A stretch of 64,000 bases of DNA. Source: Girardia tigrina (Eukaryota). The translations under genes and the position numbers were made by a program. The notes beneath the pieces were generated by a model. That model was not told the origin of the DNA. It saw only the letters and a list, made by a program, of their open reading frames with translations, and searched no databases. This document shows, piece after piece, positions 13,411 through 26,477 of the stretch. The stretch is from contig MQRK01225399.1 in assembly GCA_001938485.1 (NCBI GenBank), forward strand, positions 28,758-92,757, read 5' to 3'. How positions within the stretch are numbered: position 1 is the stretch's first letter; every line of letters starts with the position of its first letter.

Positions 13411-13828
13411 GGTGTAGTTGATTTGATTGACAGCATCATGGCAAGGTATAAGATCTTGTTGAGAAGCAAACGGTTACAAGTCCGAATATTTTACCATTTT
13501 CTAAACCTTGCAATGGTAAATGCATGGCTTTTTTACAGAAGAGTGAGTAAAGAGAAGAAAATGGAAGACAAGGAGCTGGCATCAGCAGATTTTCGGCTTG
13601 AAATTGTCTTATTAATGTATTGTCCTTATAATTTAATTAATATTATTGCCATTTTATATTTGTATGTTTGTAACACAATGTGACAGAACTGTAACACTCC
13701 TTTTTTATAATTTTTTATATGTTTATGTTAAAAATAAATAAAAACAAAAAATACGTGTTTCATTATTTACAAAACGCTACTGTTTCACACATTATTTATG
13801 TTTTTTAAAGATATTGAGTTACGAAGGG

Positions 13829-14060
13829 TTAAGAACACTAATTTGATTTTTAATACATTTATTTGTATCACAACCTGAATCGCCACTAGGACAATTCTCC
13901 ATAAAACTTTCGTAACTAGTCATCGTTCTTAATTGTTAAATTTGATTCTATTTTTAAAAGTCTTATTATTTAAACAAATTTAAATTATAATTTATTTATA
14001 ATTCGATTTAAAGTTCTAAAGTTTAGAACTTAAGATTAATGTAAATATAGGTCATCCAAC
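13829..14060 (-). mobile_element. Partial solo-LTR copy (3' part)
   Basis: Reverse complement matches 13300-13410 (AAGAACGATGAC...GGAGAATTGT...AATAAATGTA). The piggyBac right-hand TTAA lies at its terminus. Confidence 0.55.
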
Positions 14061-14284
14061 ATGATTATTGCATGTATGTAGACGACAAATTCATTGATTA
14101 CACAATAACAACTTGTATATAAGCATATTTAAAATTATATTTATTCATCAATGGCCTGACGATTACAGTTATACAGTCAAAATTATTTGTCCATAAAAAT
14201 GTTTGGTTCACTATCATTTCATCGCATTTCATTTTGACGGATTTCATGTCGTCAAATTTTATTTCGTCGCATTTGTCAAACCAA

Positions 14285-14331
14285 ACTCTAACTCTAAACC
14301 TAAACCCTAACCCTAACCATAACCCTAACCC
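14285..14331. repeat. Interstitial telomere-like (CCCTAA)n tract
   Basis: ACTCTAA CTCTAA ACCTAAA CCCTAA CCCTAA CCATAA CCCTAA CCC. Confidence 0.75.
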
Positions 14332-14467
14332 GAAATAAATGTGACGGAATAAATGGGCACGAAATGTTTATTTTGATTATATCATTTTCTTTTGAATTAG
14401 TTAAAAGATTTTTTATAAGTTTTCCTGATCTAAATTTTATTAAACAAATAAATAAATATATTATGAC

Positions 14468-17405
14468 TAAGGCTGTCAACGGGTACCCGCCCGTTGCTTC
14501 ATTCCCGGGCACTGAAAACAGTTTTCGGGTACCTGTGGGGGTCTGAAATAACGCAGATTGTACAATTTAACCAGCAAATATATAAGAAATATGTTGATCA
14601 GAATAGGTTTTTGCTGGTGTTTAAGTTATAATCTAATATTATTTTAATTAAATTTTAGTACTAATTTATAACAGAATAGCTGTTATGGAAGTAGCATTTT
14701 TTTGAATTCGATAAGCGCTGGACATTTATGCCTAGCCCTTTTTAAATTCCTCATCATTAATAAGTCACGGCAAAGTGACGTAATTAAGTAAAATTTAAAT
14801 CAATCTCCAAAAGCAGTCCAAATTGACCTTTCCAATGTGTTGTCTTGTATTAATTGTTTATATTAGTTTATTTGATAATGCTGGTTATTATTCAGAGAAA
14901 TTTACCCAAACAAGACAATTAAAAATTATATTCAATTTATTAATAATAAGTAATATTATAATTTATATTGATTAATCAAAATTTATATTGATTAATTAAA
15001 AATAACAAATGAGTAAATCATGCAAAGTATGGCTGCATGCCAAGCGCTTAGGTGACAATAGTGCTAAGTGCATGCTTTGTGATCTTGTTCTGTCAGCAAA
15101 AGGCGGCAACACCTTTACTCTACGTCATCATCTTATTGGATCGCACAAGATTGACTTGAATGAGACGGGGAAAAGTATGACTTCAAACATAAATGAGTTC
15201 ATGGTAGCAGCAAGACCGAAGTTAACCAAATCCAGAGCTTTAAATATTGATAAAAAAGTTGCCAAATTTATTGCACATGATGCAAGGCCCGTAAGCATTG
15301 TAGAAGACAAAGGATTCATTGATCTTTTGAAGTTTGTGGAACCCGACTATAAACTGAAGTCTCGTACAACAGGAACTGCACTAGTTAAGACGGATTTTAA
15401 ACACAAAAGAAACATACTTAATACAAGATTGGAGAAGGCATGTTATATTGCCTTCACAACAGATTTGTGGACATCAATTCAAAAAGTAGCATATATGTGC
15501 GTAACTGTACATTGGTTGACCAATGATTGGGAACTGCAATCGGCCATTTTACAGACCAGAGAATTTACTGAGCGCCTAACGGGTGAAAATATAAGCGTGC
15601 GCTTAAAAGGATGTGCAAAGGAGTGGAAAATACCAAATAACAAAATAACAGCAACAGTACATGATAACGGCTCGAATGTCAACTTGGTAATCTCTATTCT
15701 GGAGGACTAGCCGGACCAGCGCTGTTTCGCACATATACTCCAGCTGGCCATTGGTGCTGGCTTTAAAATTCAGGCAATTACCAAGATGCTTAGTGCTGCT
15801 AGGTAATTGGTTGTCAACTTCAAAAGAAGCACTGTAGCAGCACAGGCATTGCGAAGCAAACAACTGCTCTTAAGACCAACAATGACAGTGACGGCATTCA
15901 TGAGGTAGTCATCGATTGCTCAACAAGATGGAACTCCTCTCTTAACATGCTTGAACGCTTGGTGAAACTTCGTTGGGCCATTGAAGCTGTGCTGTCGAAT
16001 CGAAATGTTACAGAGCGCAGAAAGGCTACGACATTGGAAATGTCAGATGAAAACTGGTTGCTTTCACAGGCTGTGATAATCATTTTAAAACCATTTAAGA
16101 TGTTGAAAACCATATCTTCCGGCCAGAAATATCCGTCATTATCAGTAATCTATCCACAGTTATACATTATTTTAAGGCATATATAAGTTGGGCAACCAGA
16201 TGAGTGCACCGCTGTGCAGCAATGTCGATCTGCAATTGCAGAGGAGTTACAACTGCGCTACTATCCTGCTGGATACAACAAATTGAATGCGGCAAAGGCT
16301 TTGATCCACGATATTAACTATTGAAATTCTTTGCAGAGCCTGTTTGTGATGAAACATACGCGGAAATTATACATGAACTGGAAATGATCGTCATTGCAAA
16401 TATTGACGACGAACCGGAGATTGTAGAACCTGAAAAAATGAAAGCTCTAAATAATCATGAAAACGTTTTTGATGATCTTGCTATGTTGTGTTCAGCAAAT
16501 GATCGATTTGTAGGTTTGGATGAGTTCACTTTCTGCTTGTCCGAGACACCATTGTCGGTGAAAGCTGACATTCTTCGATATTGGAATGATAACAGCAAGC
16601 GTTATCCAAAACTAGCTTTTCTGGGTCGAAAATATTTGTGCATACCAGCGACATCTGTACCCTCGGAATGTGCATTTTCTACTGTTTTCCTAAACAGAAA
16701 CTGGGACGTGGTTGTTAATGATAAAATTACTGATATTATCTAAGCCTATCAAATGAAGGGTTTGATCTAATTATGAGCATGAACTTTTTACATTTTGTTT
16801 TAACCGGTTTGTTAAATAATTAAATGTTTTTTTTAGTTTTAATATAGACCTTTTACCTGTTAAAAGTTAGTATTTAGTTAGTAATGTAGTATTTCTATGG
16901 TAATTATGTTAATTTGTTGTCTGTTTTATTTTTTATTGACTATATATTGAATTACTTAAAATAAAACATATAATAAAGCAACATGAATTTATTAACAAGA
17001 AAATTTAGGACATAAATTAGCGTTCTAATTTTTATCGCCTATAAATAATAAAAAAAACAACAAAAACAATGAATTGTTTGAAAAAAGTAAATGATAGATA
17101 GATTGTGGTTTATTAAAATTTTATGAAGTGAATATTATTATTTTTTTAATTTTTGACCACAACATTATGCTTGATGTGTTATGATTCAAGTTTTGATCTG
17201 TAGTTAGTGATGACAGTCATTTTTTTGTACATAACATTTAACTTCAACTAACTAAAAACATTTGAAAAAACTTACTTTATTTTGAAAATTTTTCCGAAAT
17301 TGCGTACATTTAATAATAAAAAGTCTGGATAACGGGTACCCGGGTACCCGCTCTGGAGGTCAACGGGTACCTGGGCAGACGTTATGAACAATTTTGACAG
17401 CCTTA
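14468..17405 (+). mobile_element. Full-length hAT (Ac/ZBED1-like) transposon with inactivated transposase
   Basis: 12-bp TIR TAAGGCTGTCAA / TTGACAGCCTTA; perfect 8-bp TSD ATTATGAC (14460-14467, 17406-17413); subterminal CGGGTACCCG motifs at both ends. Confidence 0.95.
15009..16743 (+). pseudogene. hAT transposase pseudogene (BED finger, DDE core, dimerisation domain)
   Basis: BED finger (AKCMLC...LRHHLIGSH), FTTDLWTS, HDNGSN, RCFAHILQL, TRWNS, YLCIPATSVPSE; broken by stops and frameshifts. Confidence 0.92.
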
Positions 17406-18807
17406 ATTATGACACTGTACTTTATCATTTATATCGTTTTTTACAAACTTCAACTTGTTTGTTACATTAGGAAAAGAAAAACAAAAAATAAATTTCCCTT
17501 AACAACAGGCATAATATGAAGTACTGTGTTTAAATGAAATAAAATGTTCTTAATGTACTTTAATTAGCTTTAGACTTTACGTAAATAAGAAAATGAAATA
17601 ACCGGTTGTTCCCATCAGTGAATTGAGGAACAAATGTTGAGTGATAGCAATTTTTACCATTATTATATGTTATTTATTAAATAATCCTGTTTAAATGAAA
17701 ACGTCGATCTCTCATTCTCAAATTTTTTAATATCTGTATGTTAGTTATGATTAGTATATTAAAATAATTTTATTACAAAAAATTTTATCTTCCTTTTAAT
17801 AATCGATTCACCGATATTTATTTTAATTTTGATAAACTTTTTAAAAATTCAAACTTTGAAATATTATTTAATTCGATTTTAATTTTATCTTATTTATTCT
17901 AAAAAATATTTACATTTAAACTATCGAAAAACATTTTATTCTAAAATATTAAAAATCTTTAAATTATAAATCAATTAAATTATGTAAATTATGTACTTTT
18001 AAATTATAATTTTATTTAATTATATTATGAAACTTAATTAAAAAATTTAATTAAAATTATCCTTAAAAAACTTTCAAATAATGCTTTAAAATTTATTTGT
18101 ATTTTAATTATTAAAATTTGGTCAGCGGAAAGAAAATTTACTAACTTCTCATACTGTACATAGACTTTAAGAAGTATTGGCAGATGTAAGTACAAGTCAC
18201 TGATTATAAGATATTTTTTCGTTAATAACTTTGATCTAAGCCACAGTTTCTACAATTTTATTAGAGCTCTTAAATTACCTTTCCGAACATTGGCCCTCAC
18301 CGACAGCAATTCAATTTGTTTATTTAGTCTTAACCTCATAGTTAGCGATGAAAACTTGAAAAATCATACTTTTATAAACGAAATTATTAAAAATGTGTCG
18401 CATTAGGTAAAAAACCAAAAATTCAATATTTATTCATGATGGATGGTGTAGTGACACAAATTTTTATCATTATTTATAAATATTAAATATATATACATAA
18501 AATCATATATTTCTTATTTATAAATTTATCATAGCGAGTGCAGAGGAAAACTTGACAATCGAAAAAAACTATTTTGTTGATAATTGCAAAAAATCTATTT
18601 TTGTTAAAAAAAATTGAAGAAAAACTATATATAATTTTATGAATTGTTTAAATAATTATATATAAACAAATACATTTTTTTGAATTATGAAATTTGGTAC
18701 TTCTTAATTTTAATTTCTGCAAATTCTTTTTCCATCGAAAGTAGAGAAATTGATTTATTTATTTATCTACCGAATTTCCAATCTCAATATACTATCACAA
18801 TTTCCCC

Positions 18808-19645
18808 ATGAATTTGGTGTTTATCGAGTCACACAATCGATCCGACATTCCGTTGAGAATAACTGGTCGAATGAGATTCCATTCACTCAAACTCGTCAAT
18901 AACGACAACAAAATCGATAACGATAACGACAATCGAAATTCTAATGGCAAAAATCACATTTTCGTTCACCCAAACGAAATCGTATTTCGAATCAAAGAAC
19001 AATCGATGAAGAAATCGATTTATTTCAGTTATCGAATCAATTGCGATTGGACGATCGATCAGTTAATCGGGAAAATTGGCCGTCAATCAGCAAAAATCAG
19101 CGATCCAGTTGCCATGGACGCCGTGCTCTCTTACAGTGACTGGCGCCAGTCCAACAACCACACGACTCCAATTGTCACTTTCACCTCGATCGATTCTATA
19201 CGCCACTCGAACAAGATCGATTTGTCGATTCATGTGCTCGTGTTAGTTGATCCGAACACGAATCTCGTGATGGTGAGCAACGATCCGTGNNNNNNNNNNN
19301 NNNNNNNNNNNNNNNNNNNNNNNNNNNNNNNNNNNNNNNNNNNNNNNNNNNNNNNNNNNNNNNNNNNNNNNNNNNNNNNNNNNNNNNNNNNNNNNNNNNN
19401 NNNNNNNNNNNNNNNNNNNNNNNNNNNNNNNNNNNNNNNNNNNNNNNNNNNNNNNNNNNNNNNNNNNNNNNNNNNNNNCCACCAGATCGACATTGCGGAC
19501 CACGAGCCGGCGATTCTCGCAATCTTCGACAATCAATCGATTTCCGCCCGGCGAATGCCTCACATATGGTCGGAGGATCACATCTCGTTCCTGTGTCACC
19601 TCTTCCACCATGAGTCCGACAAGATTGAAGAGATCTCCAAAGATG
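18808..19645 (+). CDS. FREM1: Exon of FREM1-like ECM gene (Calx-beta-like domain and start of C-type lectin); 5' boundary uncertain, contains an N gap
   Basis: GC-richer open frame. DIPLRI / GKNHIFVHPNEIVF / SDPVAMDAVL / VTFTSIDS align by eye to FREM1 Calx-beta (LLPLEI / GKDFTVIPSKLIQF / NSPVNAVL / VKILDS); MPHIWSEDHISFL ~ LVTVFSRQHMRWL. Donor G|GTAAAG at 19645/19646. Confidence 0.6.
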
Positions 19646-19883
19646 GTAAAGCATTTTTAAGTTTATTTAGCTAATATTATTGAAAAGTTAGCTTCACTAC
19701 ATTTTAAGCTTCAAGGAATAAAAAAACTTCTAGGCAAAAGCAAAAAAAACTTTACATTGAAAATATTATGCATATAAATGTTATATTATTTATATATATA
19801 TATATATATTATGTATGTATTAATCAAACATGCATTTGTTTTTATATTTATTTATATGCTTAAATATATATTTACTATTTTAT

Positions 19884-20320
19884 TGTGAGAAATATTTGGT
19901 GTGTTGATGTTTTTGTGTAGTGTTTGCATGTTTAAATGTTGTGTGTTTATTTGATATTGTGTCTCTCCTAATCAGATGGAGGATTAATATTTTAATTCTT
20001 ATAATCTGAAACTAATTAATTCAAATTTAGATTTAATATTCAAATTTTTAATTTATTATGATTGTAAATTTTAAATGATTTTATTAATTTTATTTTTGTG
20101 AATTTATAAATAATTAAATTGGATTAATTAAATTTTTAAATGATAATAAAAATAAATTTTATTTTAACCAATGAAATTCTAAGTAAATATTTAAATAAAA
20201 TATATAGTTTCAAGTTAGTTCTGATTTTGGATGAGAAGTAGTAAAGATTGATTGATTAATTTAAGCGAAAGCACTACTATTGATTGTCATAGAGATGATC
20301 CACATTGTGAATGTAATAAA
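19884..20320 (+). mobile_element. Solo-LTR family copy (3' end degraded)
   Basis: Starts TGTGAGAAATATT; core TCTCCTAATCAGATGG; collinear with 63386-63827. Confidence 0.75.
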
Positions 20321-22399
20321 TTAAATTTTCTTAATTATTTTTTATAAAAAATTAAATTTCAAATTGTCTTTAGTAATATCAGTTTGTCGATATTATAATG
20401 GACAATCATTATTTTTTTAAAAATTAAAATTTTTTATTGAGATAAATTACTCGCTGTCTGTTTGACTCAAACATTTCAATTTTGTAGTCTACTAAATTTT
20501 GAGTCCAGAGTTGTTATCTCGATTTCAATAAAGGACAAAACATTATCCTAAACGTCCCTTATTTTGAGCCTAACAAATATCCGATAATTCAAGAACAAAC
20601 AAATTTTGCCATCGCTTTCCGAATCCAGATCCCAAATCAAGTTAATTTGACGACAAATTTTCAGGGCCCTATCCTGTCACAAAGGTATTTAAAAACAACG
20701 TTTCTATTCCTATAGCAGGCAATATCGGGTATTGGGGATAGTAAACTACAATTATAATGTGATTGAAAATTTCAATTCCTCAACATAAAATCAGGATAAC
20801 TTATTAAAAAATTAATAAAAAAATTTAAAAAATGTAAAATTCAAAAAATATTCAAAATCAGAAAAAAACTTTACGAAAAATTCAAAATTTAGAAAAATTA
20901 AAAATATTTAGTCTCAAAACTTCTTAGGTTTTTAAAAATAAAAAAAACATCATAATAAACATTGTAAGTTATAATTTCTTTATTATAGTGAATTTAATAA
21001 TTTGTAATTTTAAAAATTATAATCTCCAAAAATTGTTAATCCTTATTACAAAAAATTTCAAAATTGTAAAAAAAAATTCAACAGTTATAAAATCTGTTTT
21101 CGTTTTAATATATTCTATTTTTTGATCAAATATTGCTTGATCAAAATATGCCCCAAGTTCAATAATCCTTGATCCGGAATGTTTGACATAACAAAGTATT
21201 TTAAGAAAAAGAAATTCACATATCACTGATTTTACAAAAGAATATATTAATTAAATTTTTAATTAATGAAATATTTTGTACAGTATTTTCTAACAGATAA
21301 ATTTCTCCATAAATACTGTGAGATATTATAAAATTAAATTTAAATTAATTAAATAAAATATTACACAATCAAAAAATTTAGAATATTTCTAAATTTGTAT
21401 TATATGACTATTACGTGGTCGAGAACAGAGTTAACCTTTGACTCTCCTTTTATTCAGTGTATGACTGATGTATGTGTATTTGTAGTTTAGTTAATTAAAT
21501 ATATTTTAGTATATATTTTTTTGTCTTCTAATAAATACATTTTAATTATATATTTATTTAATTAATTCGTTATCAGGAGTACAAATGAACAAAGAATATT
21601 TTAAAACATTTTTAATTTCTTTTCAAAGCAAACATTTGTTTCGTGCGTCAGTTTCACATTGTGTTCCAAATTAATATACCTTTGTATTTGATGTCATTGA
21701 ATTAATAATACATAATGTCTTAAGTTTTTAATTAGAGTTTATTATTTTTTCGAAAATATGTTTTCTTTAAATGGGGTGAATCCTGACCGTTGGACACTGT
21801 TAATTAAAGTCTAACATGGGTACGGTAAATTAAATTCAAAATCATTAACTCTTGCTTATTTAATATGAGTAATCCAATTATAGAATCATATGTTTTTATG
21901 TACTATAAATATTTATACAGTATAAATTCTTTTGTATTCCCCACCAACCAATTGTCGATTTGGACTAAAATGTTTTATATGTTTTTCAAGACTTCACAAT
22001 TAAAGGATAGAAACAACATTTCAAACGACTTAAAACGTTTGTCAAAATTCTATTTTTGAACTCACTCTTCTATGATTTTGTTGTTGACATTGTGGACAAA
22101 TTGTCAGTCCAGGAATAGTATCAAACGAAATCAAGGAAGCTGGTTCAAACATACTCTGTTGTCCTAGACTGACTATTGGCATCTTCATTTGAAAGTAGGA
22201 TCAAAATGAATTGATGGATATTACAAATTTAAAACATTTTCATTGATTTCTAAACGCATGATAATTAAAAATTTTATATTTTTACAATCTAATTTTTTGT
22301 TGCATAATACAAGTAATTCTTAATTTAAAATTTACTTTTGCTTATTCCCATTTGACTTCTGTATATTTTTAGCTTTGAATATCGTTGTGGCTTTAAATA

Positions 22400-22890
22400 T
22401 GTGAGGAATATTTTAAATTGTTTGAATGTGTGAATGTATGGATGCTGTATGTTGATTTAAGTATGTTGAATTTAGAATGGTGATTCTCCCACCCAGATGG
22501 AAATTGGTATTTTTTATTAAATTTAAAGTGATTGACTTTTTGAACATAATTAAAATAATCATTTTATAAATTCATATTTTTAATTTCAAAATTAAAATTA
22601 AGTTTAATAATTTTTAGTAAAATTTAAATTAAATGCATTTTTAATAATTGGATGACATTTTTAATATTTTGGGATTTATTGAGAAATGGTAAAAATAAAT
22701 ATTTTTAATTAATATTTTTTAGAGGTTAAATATTTTTAAAAATAACTTAGAAAAATTGTTCGAATAATCATGATTAAAAACAGAAATAAGAAAACTAATT
22801 AGAACGATGAAAGACTTTCTGAGAGTCATAATGACTCTAAATGTGATTGTAATAAAAATTCCAATGAGACTTGTTTAAATGTTCTTAATA
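22400..22890 (+). mobile_element. Solo-LTR family copy
   Basis: Starts TGTGAGGAATATT; core TCTCCCACCCAGATGG; AATAAA and terminal GTTCTTAATA. Confidence 0.7.
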
Positions 22891-23253
22891 AAACCTTTAC
22901 CTTATTACTTAGACTTCATTGTTCTGGACTCAAGTAATACAAACTTATAAATTTTGTGATGTAAAATTTGTTCTTTCCAAAACTACATATAGTTTTTAAC
23001 AACATATAATTTTAGTAAATCATTTTTAAAAATTGATTATTGAACATGTTTTGAAGTCTCATTTAAAGAGAAAATCAATAATAAAAGTTTGAAATTCATA
23101 AATATAAATTTAAAATGTCGGAATGGAAGTCAATTATTCTAAAATAAAGAATTAGAATTCATCAATAAAAATTAAAAATTCATCATTGTTTTTTGTTTAA
23201 ATTTTAAGATTTCATAAAATAGCTCTAAATTAAATTAAAACTAATAATTCCCT

Positions 23254-24245
23254 ATGGAAAAGGAAACATCAGAAAAGCCTGAGTTTTAATCAATGTTGAA
23301 ATTTTAAATCAGTTCAGAAGACTGTACAAAACAAAATCAAAAAAAAAGAATTATTTGAAATAACATCTCTGAGCCAAAGCTTTAAACGTATGTTTATATA
23401 AAATAAAAAAGAGCAAGAATGATGATGCTTTGAAGATCTCTATAAAACATCTGGTAGGAAGAAGAAAAATAAGGAATCGATACCTACAGAAATTTGGAAT
23501 ATACTTGGAAATGATAACTCATTGACCATAGTACGGTAAAAGGAAATATTTCTCAAAACTTGTCTGTTAGTTACGTTGATAGGAATATAAAGGCAGCAGG
23601 ATTAACAAAAAGGAGGTTAAAAAAAGGCTACGAATAGATTGATAGAGTCTTATATCGCGATGAGGCACACCTTTTGTGCACAGATTTTATGTATTTACAC
23701 ATCCTATTTTATTCTTGGATGAATCATGTATTAATATGCACAAGCCGATTTATTATAGTTATTCACCAGTCTATCAGAATGCTGTTCTCTACCAACCTTC
23801 GTCAAAAGGACACAATCTTTCTTTACGTGCACTCATCTCATCGAGCGAAATAAAACATTTTAAGTTGATTGATAGTGCTTACAACAAGACTATATTCATG
23901 AAATTTTTAGAATGTTGTTGTAGCAAAGGAATATTTAGCAAAAATCCTGTTTTACTGCTAGATAACGTTCGGTTTCACCATTGTACAAAACTTAATGAAT
24001 ATTTGGTCTCTAAATATGTTTGAGTACTTTATTTACCAACATATTCTCCCGATCTCAGCCCGATAGAAAACATTTTCTCTTGCATAAATGGTAGATTAAA
24101 TGCAATAAGACCACTTGCAGAGAGTCGTACTGTTCTTCAATCAAATATTGAAAACACTTTGATAAATGAGCTGGGAAAACTTTCGGAATTCTATCGTAAT
24201 TTTTGGGAGACAGTAAATGATATTAACAACAGGATATTAGAGTGT
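23254..24245 (+). mobile_element. Tc1/IS630-like DD34E transposase pseudogene
   Basis: LFLDES ... LLDNVRFHH ... LYLPTYSPDLSPIENIFS with D-34-E spacing and an in-frame stop. Confidence 0.85.
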
Positions 24246-24542
24246 ATAGTACTTACTCTTCACCAGAGAAATTCAACTTGTTATTGGTAAAATTATTAGT
24301 TTGGACATAGATCGATTCTATCGTATTATTGATGATATTATTTAAATATTTTCAAAATTTAATTAATTTTTTTTGTAAATTACAACATTATCCACGTTTT
24401 AATATTTAAAAAATATTTATTTTCATTTCCAATACCTATATAATTATGAAATAAAAATAAACACTCATAAATATTTCTAGCAAAAGATACCGAGTTTGAA
24501 CGAAGTAGGCCTCTCTTTAATATTTTTGTTGGAGGTGTACAT

Positions 24543-24612
24543 CGAATACAAATGCGTAGTTGGCCATTTTTGGTAAGCAGAACTGGCGATGTGGGATGAA
24601 CCAAATCTTTAG
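24543..24612 (+). pseudogene. 28S (LSU) rRNA fragment
   Basis: GGCCATTTTTGGTAAGCAGAACTGGCGATGTGGGATGAACCAAA is a conserved eukaryotic LSU core segment; no flanking rDNA. Confidence 0.85.
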
Positions 24613-25060
24613 GTTCTAAAGATCTAGTATAAAAATTTCACATGTCGTTCTCTTCCAATAATTGTTAAATTGAGTGCACAGAATTTTAATGTTGTGAGAA
24701 ATGTTCTGAATGGTTTGTTGTTTTATATTTTGCATGTTGCGTGTTAATTCGGATTGTGCCTCTCCTAACAAGATGGCTGATTGATATTTTCTTTGATTCC
24801 TACTAATTAAAAATAATTTAATTTAATTTTAAAGTATAATTATATAAAATATTTTTCAAATTTAATATTTAAATTTTCAAATGTAATATTTAGTTTTTAA
24901 TACAATTTAAAATATAATATATTAATTTAGTTGGTACTTTTTTTAAAAAGTTTAGATTTGATTCTAACCAATTATGAATTTGATAATTGATTAATATTAT
25001 AAACATTTTCCATTGTTTTCAAAAATTAGGATCAAACTCAGAAATATATTAATCAAGAAA

Positions 25061-26477
25061 GGTACGCCGACTTTACCGCGGGTGACTTTACAGCGGGCGA
25101 CTTTACCGCGGAAAATTTACAACAAAATTGTCAATAAGTGAACAATTTCATCTAAAATATGAATAAAAAATTTTAATTATGTTATGATAAAATAATGAAT
25201 CATACACTGGTTTAATTTTAAAACATAAATGGATAGAAAATTTCAGATCGATATGAATAATTAAATAATTATTCTTTTTAATGTAAAAAATAAACAAAGA
25301 TCATACGAAAAATTAGTAAATTCCTAATTTAAAAAAAATTCAAAAAACATTCTAGAACAAATGAATAACACACCAAAAAATGTGATGTGCAAATAGTAGA
25401 AAGATACAAAAATATTAAACTGATATATTAAAATAATGGAATAGTAAATATATACTTTAATCCAAAAAGTTTAAATTATGAGCAACGCCTCTAAGATATT
25501 CCAATATTGGTAAATTAATGTATTGCTCAAAGACACGTTCAATCCTCTCCCTTATTTTGGCATAAATTTGCGATGAGAATTGTGAAATTCTTCAATTCTA
25601 AAGAGAATTTTAATGCGCTGCAAAATTAGTTCAACAAAATCTTGATCAGTACGAAATTGATTTATCAAACTATAAACAGTTGGGTGATTGCAAGCGATAG
25701 AATTTTGAAACGCACGATGCCAATTTTCTATTGCATTGTTTGTGAGTGGTAGATGAGAAATAACGCGGTCATATACATTCCAACACTGAATTGAATATCA
25801 AGGACGTAATCCTCGTTCTCCACGAGCACGGCCAATATATGTATCCTCAAAATATGCAAAGGCATCATCGAGTTCTGGATAATCATTAGAAAGATCAAGT
25901 AAAGCCAAAAAGGCAGTGATAACATCATCCACAGGAACAAACGCTATAGCCATTATTGATTTCAGAATGGTTCTAATTTCATCATTGTTTGAATAGAGAT
26001 CTGGAAGATTTGATGTTTCTTTTATTTTTTTCCAAATTGATTGGTTCCGATGAAAAAAACAGCCCTTAATCCAAACGGATTTCCGGATTTTGAAGTAAAG
26101 AATTGAAGATTCATGCTGAAAAAAGTGAGGGAAAATTTTTTAGAAATTTATAATATTTTAAGGTATATTTTTAAAGGTATATTAACGTAAATGGAAAATT
26201 TTATTATAAATATTATATTTTAATAAAGTATTATTCGGTAATAATGGCAAAAAATATCTTAATTAAAAATTTTAAGAAAAATGAATTTATTTAATTATTT
26301 AATATTATAAATTTTTAATATTTTTTTCTGAAAAAATCCGCGGTAAAGTCGCCGCTGTAAAGTCACCTGTGGTAAAGTCGCCCGCGGTAAAGTCGTCCGC
26401 AGTAAAGACGTCCGCGGTAAAGTCGCCCGCGGTAAAGTCGCCCGCGGTAAAGACGTCCGCGGTAAAGTCGCTTCACC
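25061..26477 (-). mobile_element. Mutator-like (MULE) deletion derivative
   Basis: Perfect 9-bp TSD ATCAAGAAA (25052-25060, 26478-26486); GGT...ACC ends with inverted 15-bp subrepeats; minus-strand GCFFH...YFEDTYIG...TNNAIENWH remnant. Confidence 0.92.
26338..26471. repeat. 15-bp tandem repeat (CGCGGTAAAGTCGCC) in MULE terminus
   Basis: About 9 units here; about 3 inverted units at 25068-25111. Confidence 0.9.

Larger units (their letters stand above)
10055..13828 (+). mobile_element. Defective piggyBac element carrying nested insertions
   Basis: 11-bp TIR CCCTTCGTAAC (10055) / GTTACGAAGGG (13828), flanked by CTAA/TTAA. Transposase pieces LGTIRRNRL (~11230), WKDIKIVTLISS...YNRHM (12795-12940) and GVVDLIDS...FYHFLNLAMVNAWLFY (13411-13600). 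Subterminal TGTGACAxxxCTGTxACA repeats. Confidence 0.9.

Noticed and set aside
18808-19645. Resemblance to the UFSP2 N-terminal region
   Set aside because: The spliced product ends in a C-type-lectin pattern and a stop; no intact GWGC catalytic exon was found, and FREM1 motifs fit at more positions.
26338-26471. CRISPR-like or repeat-protein ORFs
   Set aside because: Head-to-tail 15-mers with no spacers, inside a MULE terminus in eukaryotic DNA.
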